The translations under genes and the position numbers were made by a program. A stretch of DNA of 64,000 nucleotides from Acanthaster planci (lineage: Eukaryota), in assembly GCF_001949145.1 (NCBI RefSeq), contig NW_019091355.1:5095518-5159517 (forward strand). The letters run 5' to 3'. The notes beneath the pieces are model-generated. The model did no database searches and had not been told where the DNA came from. It saw only the letters and a list, made by a program, of their open reading frames with translations. Of the stretch, positions 63,700 to 64,000 are shown in pieces. Each line of letters begins with the position of its first letter. Position 1 is the stretch's first letter.

Positions 63700-64000
63700 T
63701 GTCAAGCCTGTGTGCTGCTACATTGAACACTCTTAGCAATGGACACCAATTTTTTTTTATATTTTTACTTGTAAAAACCACATTCTTCGTAAAGTTGGCT
63801 TGATATTAAATGCAGCATCCAAGAATCCATAAACAGCAAAGGATGCGAAATATTTTAGTTTCCATTAGGAACCCTTTTAAAAAAAAAAAGATCAAGTACG
63901 ACTTACTATGCTTGTGAAGTGAAGGAAAAGAACACTACGCCAATCTAACCACCCATGCTCTGTGTAGTAACTTTGACCTTATATGCCTCCCAGAGTTGCT

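Noticed and set aside
63880..63930. Minus-strand pyrimidine tract followed by AAG-CATA-GTAAGT, a possible 4-nt exon
   Set aside because: The length is not frame-preserving, and the upstream WDFY3 exon is outside the window, so it cannot be tested.

Overview
Eukaryotic animal genomic DNA with three N-gaps. It is probably an invertebrate deuterostome such as an echinoderm, but that is inferred from gene content and repeat style. I reconstructed four genes by hand from GT-AG junctions whose phases agree. (1) The 5' part of PARG (poly(ADP-ribose) glycohydrolase) on the minus strand, with 9 coding exons from 6260 to 175; the gene runs off the left edge. (2) An intronless 244-aa coiled-coil ORF at 12075-12809 (+) with an RFX X-box upstream. 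(3) A complete peropsin-type (RRH-like) opsin on the plus strand, 20991-26600, 6 coding exons, about 345 aa. (4) The 3' half of WDFY3/ALFY (PH-BEACH-WD40-FYVE) on the minus strand, with 36 exons from 62889 to 32870. Introns carry many MITE-like and SINE-like elements. The most notable observations are as follows. The PARG N-terminus has a strong p97/VCP-interacting motif (VIM) next to a PIP-like box. The peropsin keeps the retinal lysine but has lost D2.50, Y5.58 and Y7.53 together. A BEACH exon is tandemly duplicated, and the two copies differ only at synonymous sites. A decayed, hairpin-containing coding relic lies antisense inside a WDFY3 intron. The PARG-opsin-WDFY linkage mirrors the human 4q/10q paralogous regions. 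All homology calls come from recalled motifs; no database search was run.
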